From positions 85,339-149,338 of the forward strand of contig CAWJRJ010000012.1 of NCBI GenBank assembly GCA_963845245.1: 64,000 nucleotides of DNA, in the 5' to 3' direction. Positions within the stretch are counted from its first letter, which is position 1. Each line of letters opens with the position of its first letter. Position numbers and translations under genes: made by a program. Positions 48,880-59,987 of this stretch are shown piece by piece. The DNA comes from Nitrospirota bacterium (GTDB lineage Bacteria > Nitrospirota > JACRHJ01). The notes beneath the pieces were generated by a model that made no database searches, was not told the origin of the DNA, and saw only the letters and a list, made by a program, of their open reading frames with translations.

Positions 48880-51397
48880 ATGCCAGAAATCGAAACCTAC
48901 ATAGCTCCCGACGCCGCAACATACATGCGCCGGGTGATCGCCGAGGCCGGCGGGAACGAGGTGTTCTTCATCGGCACCTGCGGTGACGAGCGCCGCGTGG
49001 TGCGGGCCGTGGTGGTGGCGCGTGGGGACGAGGAGTCCGTGCCGGCGCTGGCGGAGGACGCTTCCGTGGGCGACGTGGTGATACACAACCACCCGAGCGG
49101 GCTTCTAACCCCGTCCAAGCCCGACCTGGAGATAGCCGGGACGCTCGGCTCGCGCGGCGTGGGCTTCTTCATAGTGGACAACGCCGTAACCGAGGTGTAC
49201 GCGGTAGTCGAGCCGTTCGCCAAGGAGGCGATAAAGCCGCTCGACCTTGAAGACGTTGCGGCTGCACTCTCAAACGGCGGAGCGCTCTCGAAGGCCATGC
49301 CGGGCTATGAGAGCAGGCCGGGCCAGGTGAAGATGGCGATCGAGGTGACCCGCGCGTTCAACGAGAACAGGGTGGCCGCGCTTGAGGGCGGCACCGGTGT
49401 CGGCAAGAGCATGGCGTACCTGCTGCCGTCGCTGTTCTGGGTGTTGAAGAACCATGAGCGCGTCGTGATATCCACCAACACGATAAACCTGCAGCAACAG
49501 CTCATAGAGAAGGACATACCGCTATTGGGGCAGGCATTCCCGGAGCCGTTCAAGGCGGTGCTGGTGAAGGGGCGCGGCAACTATATATGCATGAGGAAGC
49601 TCGACCTTGCGCTCTCGGAGGGAGACTTCCTGCTTGAGGAAAACGAGAAGGAACGTTTGTCGGCCATTGCGGAATGGTCGATGAAGACCAAGGAAGGCAG
49701 CCGTTCCGACCTGAACTTCATACCGGGCGAGGACCTCTGGGAGAAGCTTTCCTCGGAGTCGGACAACTGCGCGCGCCTGAAATGCAAGCACTTCACGCAC
49801 TGCTTCTTTTTCCGGGCCAGGCGCGAGGCGGCGGCCGCCGACCTGCTGGTGGTGAACCACCATATACTGCTGGCGGACATCGCGCTTCGGAGCGCTGCGG
49901 GCGGCAACCCCGACATGGCGATCCTGCCGGGCTACAGCAGGCTGATAATCGACGAGGGCCACAACCTTGAAGACGGTGCGACGTCTTATTTCGGCAGCCG
50001 CGTATCGAGGCTTGGGTTACTGAAGGCGCTTGGCAAGCTCCACCACCGGCGCGACCGCGACCGGGGGGCACTCCCCTACCTGCACGCGAAGCTGAAGGGC
50101 AGGCGCGGCCTGCTCAAGGAGCGTACGGAGGGCTGGCGGCTGCTGATAGAAGGCCAGATAATGGGCGAGAAGGAGTCCGCCACGCAGAGGATCAACGACG
50201 CCTTCGACGTACTTTATAATTTCGCCGTCAAGGACGCAGGGAAAGAGAAGCTTGAGGTGAAGCTCAGGCTGAACGCCGATACGAGGAAAAGCCCCGGCTG
50301 GACGGAGGTGGAAGACGCGTTCGGTAGGGTGGGCTTCGACCTTGCCAGGCTGGTGCGTTCGCTTAATTCCCTTCGCCGGGAGTTGGCGGAAGAGGGCATG
50401 GGCGACAGGCTGGCGGACCCGATGATGGAGCTGAAGTCCATTGCCGACAGGCTGGAGGGCGCGGCGGCCGAGCTGGACAATATCCTGAAGGGCGAAGGCG
50501 AGGGGCTGGTGCGCTGGGCGGAGACGCCGGTGCGGAAGGCCGGGCGGATAATATCCGTATGCGCCTCACCGCTGAACGTCGCACAGGAGATAAAAGAGAG
50601 GATATACGACAGGCTGAAGACGGTAGTGATAACCTCCGCCACCTTGACAGTAAAAGGAAAATTCGATTTCATAAGCAACAGGACCGGGCTTGACCTCCTG
50701 CCGGACGAGAGGCGCATCACGGGAGTATTCCCGTCGCCGTTCGACTACGGGAAGCAGGTCATAATAGGCATCCCGAGGGACATCCCGGACCCAGGCGCGA
50801 AGGAGTTCGGCGGTGAGCTTGCGGGGCTCGTGAAGGAGTCGCTTATCGCATCGAAGGGCAGGGCGTTCGTGCTTTTCACGTCGTTCAAGATGCTGAACCA
50901 GGTATACACGAAGCTTGAGGCTGGAGATGGGCGCGCACGGGATAAGGTGCCTCAAGCAGGGGGAGTCCCCGCGCCACAAGCTGCTGGACGACTTCAGGAA
51001 ATACCCGGCAGCCGCGCTTTTTGCCACAGACAGCTTCTGGGAGGGCGTGGACGTCATGGGCGACGCGCTTTCTAACGTCATAATAACCAAGCTTCCGTTC
51101 TCGGTGCCTGACGACCCGGTGATAGAGGCGCGCCAGGACGAGATTGCGGACGCGGGCGGCAACCCGTTCATGGAGTATATCGTGCCGCAGGCCGTGATAA
51201 AGTTCCGGCAGGGGTTCGGCAGGCTTATAAGGAGCAATACCGACAGGGGCTGCATAATGGTGTTCGACCGCCGCGTGGCTGAGAAGAACTACGGCCGTGA
51301 GTTCCTTGGTTCCCTGCCGCCCGGCAGGGTGATAAAGGGGCCGAGGGCGGAAGTCTTCGAAAAGGTAAACGAGTTTTTTCAACCTGAGTTCGTCTGA
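48880..51397 (+). CDS. dinG: DinG family helicase with N-terminal JAB/MPN domain; frameshift at ~50920
   Basis: HNHPSGLLTPSKPD; SRPGQ, GTGVGKS, KGRGNYIC, Fe-S cysteines, IDEGH, TSATL, SFWEGVD, QGFGRLIR. Confidence 0.9.
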
Positions 51398-51414
51398 TTA
51401 ACAGGAGGCCTTAA

Positions 51415-52002
51415 TTGAACTCTCTCGACCTTGCAATGCTGGCCATAGTCGCTGTGTCTGTCACAGTCGCGATGTTCCGGGGCATCGTGCGCGAGCTTTT
51501 TTCACTCGCCGCTGTCTTCCTGGGTTTTTATATTGCGATGCATTATTATAAAGCGACCTCAGACTCGTTTCTAAGATTGACTTCCTACCCGCACATAAAC
51601 AATATAATAAGTTTCATCGGGATCTTTGTCTTTTCCGCAGTGCTTATAAGCTTTATAGGTGGCCGTATATCAGGGGCTGTTTCGGGCGTCTTAAAGGCTT
51701 CAGGTCTTAAAATCTGGGACCATGTCCTGGGGGTAGCGGTCGGCGCGCTGAAGGGCGTTGTTATATGTTTGTTGATTACCTACGCTCTCATGATCATGGC
51801 ACCAGCCGACAGTCACATACTCAAGGGATCGAAGGCTTTCCCTTATTTCTCTCTGGCGGTAAACCGGATTATGCCTGTAGAAGTAAAGACCTTTGAGCAA
51901 GAGTCAAAAAAGAAGCTTGAAGAACTGAAGAAGGATGTACCAAGTATACCTTCCAAAGACAAAGAACCTGTCAGAAAAGAAAAAACACCTCCAAAAGGTT
52001 GA
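51415..52002 (+). CDS. cvpA: CvpA family membrane protein
   Basis: RGIVRELFSL, SGLKIWDHVLGVAVGALKG. Confidence 0.85.
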   Translation: MNSLDLAMLAIVAVSVTVAMFRGIVRELFSLAAVFLGFYIAMHYYKATSDSFLRLTSYPHINNIISFIGIFVFSAVLISFIGGRISGAVSGVLKASGLKIWDHVLGVAVGALKGVVICLLITYALMIMAPADSHILKGSKAFPYFSLAVNRIMPVEVKTFEQESKKKLEELKKDVPSIPSKDKEPVRKEKTPPKG

Positions 52003-52076
52003 CCAGCCTCGTCCCCCCGGCTATACTTTGTTATTATCCGTAATGGGCCATATTTAACATCATCTGGAGGCGAACG

Positions 52077-53176
52077 ATGTACTTTGACAGGTTCGACCCC
52101 GCTAAGGGCGAACGGCTCGAAATAATGGACAAGGACGGCAGGGTGGACGAGTCCCTGCGCCCGGACATCAGCGACGACCGCATAAAGGAACTCTACGTCA
52201 GGATGTCGGTGATGCGGCATGCGGACAAGACGGCGCTGAACCTTCAGCGCGAGGGCCGCATGGGCACCTACGCGCCTGTCTACGGGCAGGAGGCCGCGCA
52301 GGCGTCGTCGGCATTTCTTGGAAGAGGGCGACTGGCTGGTGCCGTCATACCGCGAGTCCGGCGCGCTATTCATGCGCGGATTCCCGCTTGCGGACATATA
52401 CCGCTACTGGATGGGCGACGAGCGCGGCATGCAAAACGCTAACAAATACCGGGTACTGCCGATAGAGGTCGTCGTCGGAAGCCAGCCGCTGCATGCGGTC
52501 GGCGTCTCCTGGGCGATGAAGATGCAGGGCGAGAAATCGGCGGCCGTTGCATACTTCGGAGACGGCGCTACATCCGAGGGCTCGTTCCACGAGGCGATGA
52601 ACTTCGCGGGTGTATTCAAGACCCCCACCGTATTCTTCTGCCAGAACAACCAGTTCGCGATCAGCGTCCCGCGCAAGACCCAGACCGGGGCGAAGAGTAT
52701 TGCTCAGAAGGCGGCCGCATACGGCTTCAAGGGGATACAGATTTACGGGAACGACCTGCTTGCCGTATACGCCGCAATGAAGGAGGCTCTGGACGACGCG
52801 CGCGAGGGACACGGGCCGAGGTTCATCGAGGCGCTTACATACCGGTTCGGGCCGCACACCACCGCCGACGACCCGACCAAGTACCGCACCGATGAAGAGC
52901 TTGAGAAGAACAAGCCCTTCGACCCGCTCATCCGCTTAAGGATATACCTTGAGCACAGGGGCCTGTGGAGCGAGGAAGAGGAGTACGAGATAATGGACAA
53001 GGCGAAGCAGGAGGTGGAGGCGGCCGTAAGCTGAGGCCGAGTCGACCACGCCGCCCGACCCCACGGATATCTTCGCCTACACATGGTCTAAGACGCCGCC
53101 ATATGTACAAAAGGAGAAGCAGTCGCTCGTGGACTTCCTTTCGGAAGCAGCGGAAGGAGGTACCGACAATGGCTAA
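52077..53176 (+). CDS. pdhA: Pyruvate/2-oxoacid dehydrogenase E1 alpha; frameshifts at ~52320 and ~53029
   Basis: LQREGRMGTYAP, FGDGATSEG...NNQFAIS (ThDP motif), TYRFGPHTTADDP. Confidence 0.9.
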
Positions 53177-54147
53177 GGTGAACATCGTTACCGCGCTCAA
53201 CATGGCGCTTGACTATGAGATGGCGAAGGACGAAAGACTTATTATAATGGGCGAGGACGTCGGCCGCGAGGGCGGCGTGTTCCGTGTAACGGACGGGCTT
53301 CAGGACAAGTACGGCCACGACCGCGTGATAGACACCCCGCTTTCAGAGGGCGGCATCGTCGGCACGGCGCTCGGGCTTGCAGTCGGCGGGATGCATCCTG
53401 TCGCCGAGATACAGTTCGAGGGCTTCATGTACCTCGCGCTCGACCAGATATGCAACCAGATAGCCAGGTACCGCACCAGAAGCCGGGGCAGCTATCAGCC
53501 TAAGCTTGTCATCAGGCTACCCTGGGGCGGCGGCATACGCGCGCCGGAGCATCACTCCGACTCGCCCGGAGGCGGTGCTTGTGAATACGCCCGGCCTTAC
53601 CGTGGTACAGCCGTCAAACCCATACGATGCGAAGGGGCTGCTCACCGCCGCGCTCCGGCACGACGACCCGGTGGTATTCTGCGAGCCCAAGAGGCTATAC
53701 CGCGCGATAAAGGCCGAGGTGCCGGAGGAAGACTACATAGTGCCTATCGGCGTATCGAACGTAGTGCGCGAAGGGACCGACTTAACCATCGTCGCCTGGG
53801 GCGCGATGGTGCGCGAGGCGGTCGCGGCCGCCGATGAGCTTGGCACGCAGGGCGTGAGCGCCGAGGTGATAGACCTGCGCACGCTGGCCCCGATGGACAG
53901 CGACACCATAGTGAACTCCGTAAAGAAGACCGGCAGGCTGGTCATAACGCACGAGGCGCCGCGTACCGGCGGGCTGGGCGCGGAGATCGCGACACGGGTA
54001 TGCGAGGAGGCCTTCACTAGCCTGCTTGCGCCGGTTGAACGTGTCACCGGCTACGATGCAGTCATGCCGCTATTCAAGCTGGAGAACTACTACCTGCCGA
54101 ATACCAAAAAGATACTTGCAGGCGCAAGAAAAGTGTTGAACTTCTGA
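53169..54147 (+). CDS. pdhB: Pyruvate/2-oxoacid dehydrogenase E1 beta; frameshift at ~53568
   Basis: GEDVGREGGVFR, DTPLSE, EIQF, EHHS, IDLRTL. Confidence 0.92.
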
Positions 54148-54152
54148 AAGTC

Positions 54153-54246
54153 CCGCCTTCTTTGAAAAGAAGGCGGCCCAAGAAACTTTACTATTTTAAG
54201 TAGCGGCTTTCTTTTGGTACTTTTCTTTCACCTGAAAGAAAAGTAC
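54153..54246. repeat. REP-like double-hairpin element between pdhB and pdhC
   Basis: CCGCCTTCTT/AAGAAGGCGG stem plus a perfect 14-bp IR GTACTTTTCTTTCA-cc-TGAAAGAAAAGTAC. Confidence 0.65.
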
Positions 54247-54265
54247 AGGTCTTGAGGAGACTTTA

Positions 54266-55609
54266 ATGGCATACGAATTCAAGTTCCCGGACATAGGCGA
54301 AGGCCTGACCGAGGGCGAGATAGTGGAGTGGAAGGTGAAGGTGGGCGACAAGGTCGCGGACCACCAGACCATCCTTGAGGTGGAGACGGACAAGGCGGTC
54401 GCCGAGGTGCCGTCACCGACTGCGGGATATGTCATAAGCCTGAAGGGCGGGCCGGGCGACGTGATAAAGGTCGGCGAGGTCATCGCCGTTATCGGCACCG
54501 AGGAAGAGCTTAAGGCGAAGAAACCCGCGCCTGCGCCTCCGCGTGAAGAGAAGGCCGCTGTACTGCCTGCCGAGAAAAAGCCGGAGAAAAGAGTTGTCGA
54601 GCCGCAGCCGAAATATCAGGTGAAGATGGGCTCCGTAGGTGTGGTGGGCGAGCTTGAGGAGGCCCCGGAGGAAGAGGAGGAAGCCCCAGTCGTGAAGGAG
54701 GCCCCGGCTGCAGCAGCAACGGGCCGGGTAGAGGCGCTTCCCAAGGACAGGGCGCTTGCGCGCCAGCTCGGCGTGGACATCGAACAGGTGCACGGCACCG
54801 GCCCCAAGGGCCGGGTGACCGAGGACGACATAAAGAAACACGCGGAGCAGGGAGTGCCCGAGAAAGGCATACACGAGCCTTCAGGCGCGCCGGGCGCGGA
54901 CGCATATGGCCCTGTGGAGCGCGTCCCGCTTCGTGGTGTGCGCAGGAAGATCGCGCTTGCGATGGTGGAGTCCATGACGAAGACGGCCCAGGTCACCTCG
55001 ACTGACGAGGCGGACGTGGACCTTCTGTGGCATATACGCGAGAAGGAGAAGACCGGGGCCAGCGAGCAGGGAATACATCTGACATTACTGCCGTTCCTCG
55101 TGAAGGCCGTCGTGGGCGCGCTGAAGCGCGACCCTGCGATGAACTCGTCGCTCGACGACGAGAAGGGCGAGATAGTATACAAATCGTACTACAACATCGG
55201 TATCGCCGTGGAGACCGAGGACGGGCTGATCGTGCCGAACGTGAAGGACGCGGACAAAAAATCCATAATGCAGATAGCGAAGGAGATCGACGAGCTGTCA
55301 CACAAGGCGCGAAAGCGCACTCTGGATATAAAAGACCTGAAGGGCGGCACGTTCACCATCACCAACTACGGCTCGATAGGCGGGATATTCGGCACGCCGA
55401 TAGTAAACTACCCGGAGGTCGGGATACTGGGCGTCGGCAGGATGATGGAGAAGCCGGTGGTTGTGGACGGCGCGATAAAGATAAAGAAGATACTGCCGCT
55501 CTCGCTGACGTTCGACCACCGGGTGGTGGACGGCGCGAAGGCGCAGCATTTCATGAACAACCTGAAGTTGCATATAGAGGACCCGGATTTTATATTTGTG
55601 GGTATATAA
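54266..55609 (+). CDS. pdhC: Dihydrolipoamide acyltransferase E2
   Basis: ETDKA lipoyl motif, GTGPKGRV E3-binding region, TFDHRVVDG. Confidence 0.93.
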   Translation: MAYEFKFPDIGEGLTEGEIVEWKVKVGDKVADHQTILEVETDKAVAEVPSPTAGYVISLKGGPGDVIKVGEVIAVIGTEEELKAKKPAPAPPREEKAAVLPAEKKPEKRVVEPQPKYQVKMGSVGVVGELEEAPEEEEEAPVVKEAPAAAATGRVEALPKDRALARQLGVDIEQVHGTGPKGRVTEDDIKKHAEQGVPEKGIHEPSGAPGADAYGPVERVPLRGVRRKIALAMVESMTKTAQVTSTDEADVDLLWHIREKEKTGASEQGIHLTLLPFLVKAVVGALKRDPAMNSSLDDEKGEIVYKSYYNIGIAVETEDGLIVPNVKDADKKSIMQIAKEIDELSHKARKRTLDIKDLKGGTFTITNYGSIGGIFGTPIVNYPEVGILGVGRMMEKPVVVDGAIKIKKILPLSLTFDHRVVDGAKAQHFMNNLKLHIEDPDFIFVGI

Positions 55610-55695
55610 ATCAGATTCGCCCTCACCCCCGGCCCCTCTGCCCGACAGGTGGCGCCAGGGAACGATATTATTGGTGATGAACAATGGAGGAATTT

Positions 55696-56121
55696 ATGAA
55701 GCGTAAAGGTTCAGCGGTATGGCAGGGCGGGCTTAAGGATGGCAAGGGCGTTGTATCGACTGGAAGCGGGACGTTAAAGGACGTTTCCTATACGTTTGCG
55801 AGCAGGTTCGAGGAAGGCAAGGGGACGAACCCGGAAGAGCTGGTCGCCGCCGCGCATGCGGGCTGCTATTCGATGGCGCTCTCGTTCATACTCGGGATGT
55901 CCGGCATTACGCCGGAGAGCATCAGCACCACGGCGACGGTTACGATCGAGCAGATAGGCGACGGGTTCGAGGTGACGGCGAGCCACCTGGACGTTACCGC
56001 GAAGGTGCCGGGCGTGGATAAGGCCAAGTTCGACGAGGCCGCAAAGGCCGCCGAGACCGGCTGCCCGATATCGAAACTTTTAAAGACGAAGATTACTATG
56101 GAGTATAAGCTGGAGAGTTAG
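55696..56121 (+). CDS. osmC: OsmC family peroxiredoxin
   Basis: GTNPEELVAAAHAGCYSMAL, GCPIS. Confidence 0.93.
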   Translation: MKRKGSAVWQGGLKDGKGVVSTGSGTLKDVSYTFASRFEEGKGTNPEELVAAAHAGCYSMALSFILGMSGITPESISTTATVTIEQIGDGFEVTASHLDVTAKVPGVDKAKFDEAAKAAETGCPISKLLKTKITMEYKLES

Positions 56122-57104
56122 GGCGTCGGCACCTTACCCAGTACCCGTCCGATTATCTCGTCGGTGGTTATCTCGTCCGCCTCGGCCTCGTAGGTGAGCG
56201 TCAGCCTGTGGCGAAGCACGTCCGGGGCCATCTCCTTGACGTCCTCCGGTGTGACGAAGCCGCGCCCGTTCATCATCGCCTCGGCCTTCGCCGCCATCGT
56301 AAGGAATATCGAAGCCCTGGGCGACGCGCCGAACTCTATCAGCTCCTTTATGTCCAGGCCGTACTTCTCCGGCTCCCTCGTGGCGTAGACCAGGTCGACG
56401 ATGTAGCGCTTGATCTTCTCGTCCACGTACACGCTGTTCACCAGCTCGCGGCAGGTGAATATCTCGGATACCTCGGCGACCTTGTGCACCTCGGCCTCGT
56501 GCCCGGCGGTCATGCGGTTGATGATGTCGACCTCCTGGTCGCGGGTCGGGTAGTCTATCTTCACCTTCAGCATGAACCGGTCCACCTGCGCCTCCGGCAG
56601 GCGGTACGTGCCCTCGCTCTCGATGGGGTTCTGCGTGGCCATGACCAGGAACGGCTGCTCAAGCTTGAATGTGTCCGGGCCGATGGTCACCTGCTGCTCC
56701 TGCATGACCTCAAGGAGCGCGGACTGCACCTTCGCCGGGGCGCGGTTTATCTCGTCCGCAAGCAGCAGGTTCGTGAATATCGGGCCCTTCTTCGTGGAGA
56801 ACTCGCCGGTGCCCTGGTTGTATACGCGCGTGCCCAAAAGGTCGGCGGGCAGCAGGTCCGGCGTGAACTGTATGCGCGAGAAGCCGGTATTGAGCGCCGT
56901 GGCCAGCGTCTTGATGCAGAGCGTCTTGGCCAGGCCGGGCACGCCTTCAAGCAGGATATGCCCGCGCGTGAGAAGGCCCACCAGCAGGCGGTCGAGCATC
57001 TTCTCCTGCCCGACGATGACCTTCCGCACCTCTTCGCGGATGTTTGAGAGGACTGCGGAATGCTCGGATATTTTTGCGGATAATTCTTTTAATTCTGGAG
57101 TCAT
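56118..57104 (-). CDS. moxR: MoxR family AAA+ ATPase
   Basis: GVPGLAKT, RIQFTPDLLP, DEINRAPAKVQSALL, ATQNPIE. Confidence 0.95.
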   Translation of the reverse strand: MTPELKELSAKISEHSAVLSNIREEVRKVIVGQEKMLDRLLVGLLTRGHILLEGVPGLAKTLCIKTLATALNTGFSRIQFTPDLLPADLLGTRVYNQGTGEFSTKKGPIFTNLLLADEINRAPAKVQSALLEVMQEQQVTIGPDTFKLEQPFLVMATQNPIESEGTYRLPEAQVDRFMLKVKIDYPTRDQEVDIINRMTAGHEAEVHKVAEVSEIFTCRELVNSVYVDEKIKRYIVDLVYATREPEKYGLDIKELIEFGASPRASIFLTMAAKAEAMMNGRGFVTPEDVKEMAPDVLRHRLTLTYEAEADEITTDEIIGRVLGKVPTP

Positions 57105-57151
57105 ATTCCTTCTTTGAAAGGCGGCCGAACTTGTGTTCGAAACAAGTACGG

Positions 57152-58102
57152 TTAAATCGTTTTCACCAACGCCTTTGCCTTCTCGATAAACTCGCTCTTT
57201 TCCTCTTCACTCCGGCACATGCTTCGCGAACTTGACGAGGTCGGCCTCGCCGAGCAGCGCCCAAAGCCTGTCGCGCGCATCGGCGGGAAGGCTCGATTTG
57301 CGCGCCTCCGCCATTATCTCGGTCGTGGTCGCCTCTGTCGCAGGTATGTTGTATGCCTGCTTTAAGTAGACGCGTACCGCTTCGATAATGGTGCTGTAAA
57401 ACGCCTTGGGGTCGTGCCTGAGTGACTCCGCACGCGCTATGGCTGCCAGCGCCTCGTCCCGTGCCGGGAGAGCTGCGGCCTGTGGCATGACAGGTGTGGT
57501 TGCCGCCTTCTTAGCCCTGCCGCGCTTCACCATGTAAAGGGCGAGGCCGAGGAGCGCGATGAACACCAGCGCAATGAGGAACATTATGCCGTAGAAGAAC
57601 AGGCGCACCCTCTCAATGAAGGACTTGGGCGACTTTAATGTCTTTTATGTCCTCCTCGATGCCCTTCATCAGGCCCGGCCCCTTCTCAAGGACCGTGACC
57701 TTTACAGGGTTGGACTTTACCTCCTCCTGCTTGCCTGTGGCAGGGTCCGTAAAGATAATACGAGCGGGCGAGATGAGGTGCTCGCCCGGCAGGTCTGAGG
57801 ACATCCTGAGTTCCAGTTCGGTGACTGTGCGGGCCTTGCCTTCAATCGCCTTGACGGAGGTGGTCTGGAACCTGCCGGTCACGTCGAAGCCGGTGAGGTC
57901 GGGTGGAGAAAGCTGTGCCGGTGTCGCCTGCCTCACCCTCCGAGATTACCGAGAGCTTGTAGGAGAATGTCTCGCCCTTTGCGACCTCTGCGCGGGATAC
58001 CTCTGCCTTCGCGGCTACCTGTGCCGCCGCAGCGAATACAGGCAGGGCCAGGATTGCTGTAAACAGCAGTGCGATGATATATGGAGTGTTAGTTTTTTTC
58101 AT
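57152..58102 (-). CDS. BatD-like exported/membrane protein; three frameshifts
   Basis: Signal peptide, beta-rich domain, DIKDIK, TM helix, EATTTEI..ADLVKFAK; three ORFs join. Confidence 0.7.
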
Positions 58103-59475
58103 TTTGCCTTCAACGGGATGAATATTGCTTCCAAACCCCTGCGCACGAAAAAGATCACAGATTCGCCGCTTTTGACGTCCTTCAGAAAGCTGAAAAACTC
58201 CGTGATATTATGGACCGGTTTGCCGTTGACTTCAACAACAATATCGCCCGGCGCAATCCCCGCCTCGCTTGCGGGCGTGCCTTTTACGACATTGGCGACC
58301 ACCACGCCCTTTCCCGTTTCCGCATTCAACTGCCGCGCTATCTCCGGGGTGATCGGTGCAACGGCAAACCCGAACATCTCGCCAAGCCGTATATTCTCCT
58401 GTGCGCCCTGTGAGGCAGGCTTCGGCGCTATAGTCGCCTCAAGAGACAGCTCCTTATGTTCCCGTATTATCTTCAGCGGGATCTTCGAACCGACCCTGCT
58501 GCTTGCCACCAGCCACGGCAGCTCGGATGGATGCTCGATCTTCTTGCCGGCAAACTCTATTATCACGTCGCCTATCTTTAGCCCCGCCTTCTCGGCCGGG
58601 CTGTCTTTCGCTACGCTTGTAACAAGCAGGCCCAAGGGTTCTTTGAGGTGGAGCGCTTCGGCTAGTTCCGGCGTAACGGCCTGTGCCCCGGCGCCAAGCC
58701 AGCCGCGCACTACCTTGCCGTTCTCCTTGAGCTCCGTCATTATGATCTTTGCGATGTTGATGGGTATCGCAAACCCGATGTTCTGGGCGATGGGGTTGAT
58801 GGCGGTATTGATGCCCACCACGTTGCCTTGGGTGTCGAACAGCGGGCCGCCCGAGTTGCCGGGGTTGATCGGCGCGTCCGTCTGGATGAAGTCGTCATAG
58901 GGCCCTGCGCCGAGCTCTCGGCCCTTTGCGCTGACTATGCCCGCCGTGACCGTGCGCGACAATCCGAACGGGTTGCCAATGGCAATCACCCAGTCGCCCA
59001 CTTCAGTAGTATCTGAGTCGCCGAGTTTTGCGGAAGGCAGCCCGCTGCCCTCGATCTTTATGATGGCGATGTCGGTCGTCTCGTCTTTCCCTATGAGGGT
59101 TGCGTCCTTCACCCTGCCGTCAAGGAGCTTGACCTTTATGTCCTTTGCGTTCTCGACCACGTGGTTGTTCGTGAGGATGTAGCCGTCGGGGCTGATAATG
59201 AAGCCGGAACCCAGGCTGTGCCTCTCCGTCTCCTGAGGCGCAGGCGCGCCACCGAAGTAACGGCGCAGGAGTTCTTCCTTGCTTAACTCTTCCTGCTCGG
59301 ACGGCTTCAGGACCTGTGTAGTGCTGATGTTCACGACCGCAGGCGCAACCTTCTTTACGAGCCCTGCGAAAGAACCCGGCATCTCTGCCCCACGCGCAAC
59401 CCCTTCCCAAAGTGATCCGGTTGCAAGTATGCACAGCATGACAGCCGTTAAGAAGCCGTACTGTATATTTTTCAA
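58099..59475 (-). CDS. Do/HtrA family serine protease
   Basis: LGSGFII, TNNHVV, TDIAII, PGNSGGPL, two PDZ domains. Confidence 0.93.
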   Translation of the reverse strand: MKNIQYGFLTAVMLCILATGSLWEGVARGAEMPGSFAGLVKKVAPAVVNISTTQVLKPSEQEELSKEELLRRYFGGAPAPQETERHSLGSGFIISPDGYILTNNHVVENAKDIKVKLLDGRVKDATLIGKDETTDIAIIKIEGSGLPSAKLGDSDTTEVGDWVIAIGNPFGLSRTVTAGIVSAKGRELGAGPYDDFIQTDAPINPGNSGGPLFDTQGNVVGINTAINPIAQNIGFAIPINIAKIIMTELKENGKVVRGWLGAGAQAVTPELAEALHLKEPLGLLVTSVAKDSPAEKAGLKIGDVIIEFAGKKIEHPSELPWLVASSRVGSKIPLKIIREHKELSLEATIAPKPASQGAQENIRLGEMFGFAVAPITPEIARQLNAETGKGVVVANVVKGTPASEAGIAPGDIVVEVNGKPVHNITEFFSFLKDVKSGESVIFFVRRGLEAIFIPLKAK

Positions 59476-59476
59476 G

Positions 59477-59929
59477 TTATTCTCCCGGCGTTGTCTTGAT
59501 TTTTATCTGCTGCGGTTTCGCCTTCTCGCTCTTGGGCATCTTGATCTCCAGCACGCCCTTGTTGTATGTGGCGGTTATCTTATCGCTGTCCACCGTCTGG
59601 GGCAGCGTGAACGAGCGCGAGAAGTGGCCGTATGTGCGCTCCACCCTGTGGTAGCTCTCCTGGTTGACCGATTTCTCCATGGTACGTTCGCCTTTTAAGG
59701 ATAAGACGTTGTCGCTTACCTCTATCTCTACGTCTTTCTCGTCCATACCGGGGATCTCGGTTACAAGCACGAGTTCGTGCTCCGTCTCGTAGATGTCGAC
59801 CGGTGGGGTCCATGTGCCCCTGTCGAAGTTTTCAGTGCCGCCCCTGTGCAGGCTCTCGTCGAAGAGGCGGTTCATCCTGTCCTGAAGAGATAAAAGGTTT
59901 CTGAAAGGGTCCCAGGGTACGAGTGTCAT
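59477..59929 (-). CDS. Hsp20/alpha-crystallin small heat-shock protein
   Basis: WDPF, PPVDIYE, ERTYGHFSRSFTLP, YNKGVLEI. Confidence 0.95.
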   Translation of the reverse strand: MTLVPWDPFRNLLSLQDRMNRLFDESLHRGGTENFDRGTWTPPVDIYETEHELVLVTEIPGMDEKDVEIEVSDNVLSLKGERTMEKSVNQESYHRVERTYGHFSRSFTLPQTVDSDKITATYNKGVLEIKMPKSEKAKPQQIKIKTTPGE

Positions 59930-59960
59930 GAAAGTCCTCCTACATTTTACTGGTTGGTGG

Positions 59961-59987
59961 TTAGCACTCTGAATGACCGAGTGCTAA
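59961..59987 (-). promoter_or_regulatory. CIRCE element (HrcA operator)
   Basis: Perfect TTAGCACTC-N9-GAGTGCTAA, 1 nt downstream of a TTGAAA-N17-TATATT promoter (60017-59989). Confidence 0.96.

Noticed and set aside
1560..53570. Programmed ribosomal frameshifting or RNA editing as the cause of split genes
   Set aside because: I saw no shared slippery motif or downstream structure, and the breaks hit unrelated genes at random positions.
57108..57127. Partial copy of the pdhB-pdhC repeat upstream of moxR
   Set aside because: Only about 12 nt match, and it overlaps the moxR RBS; it may be chance.
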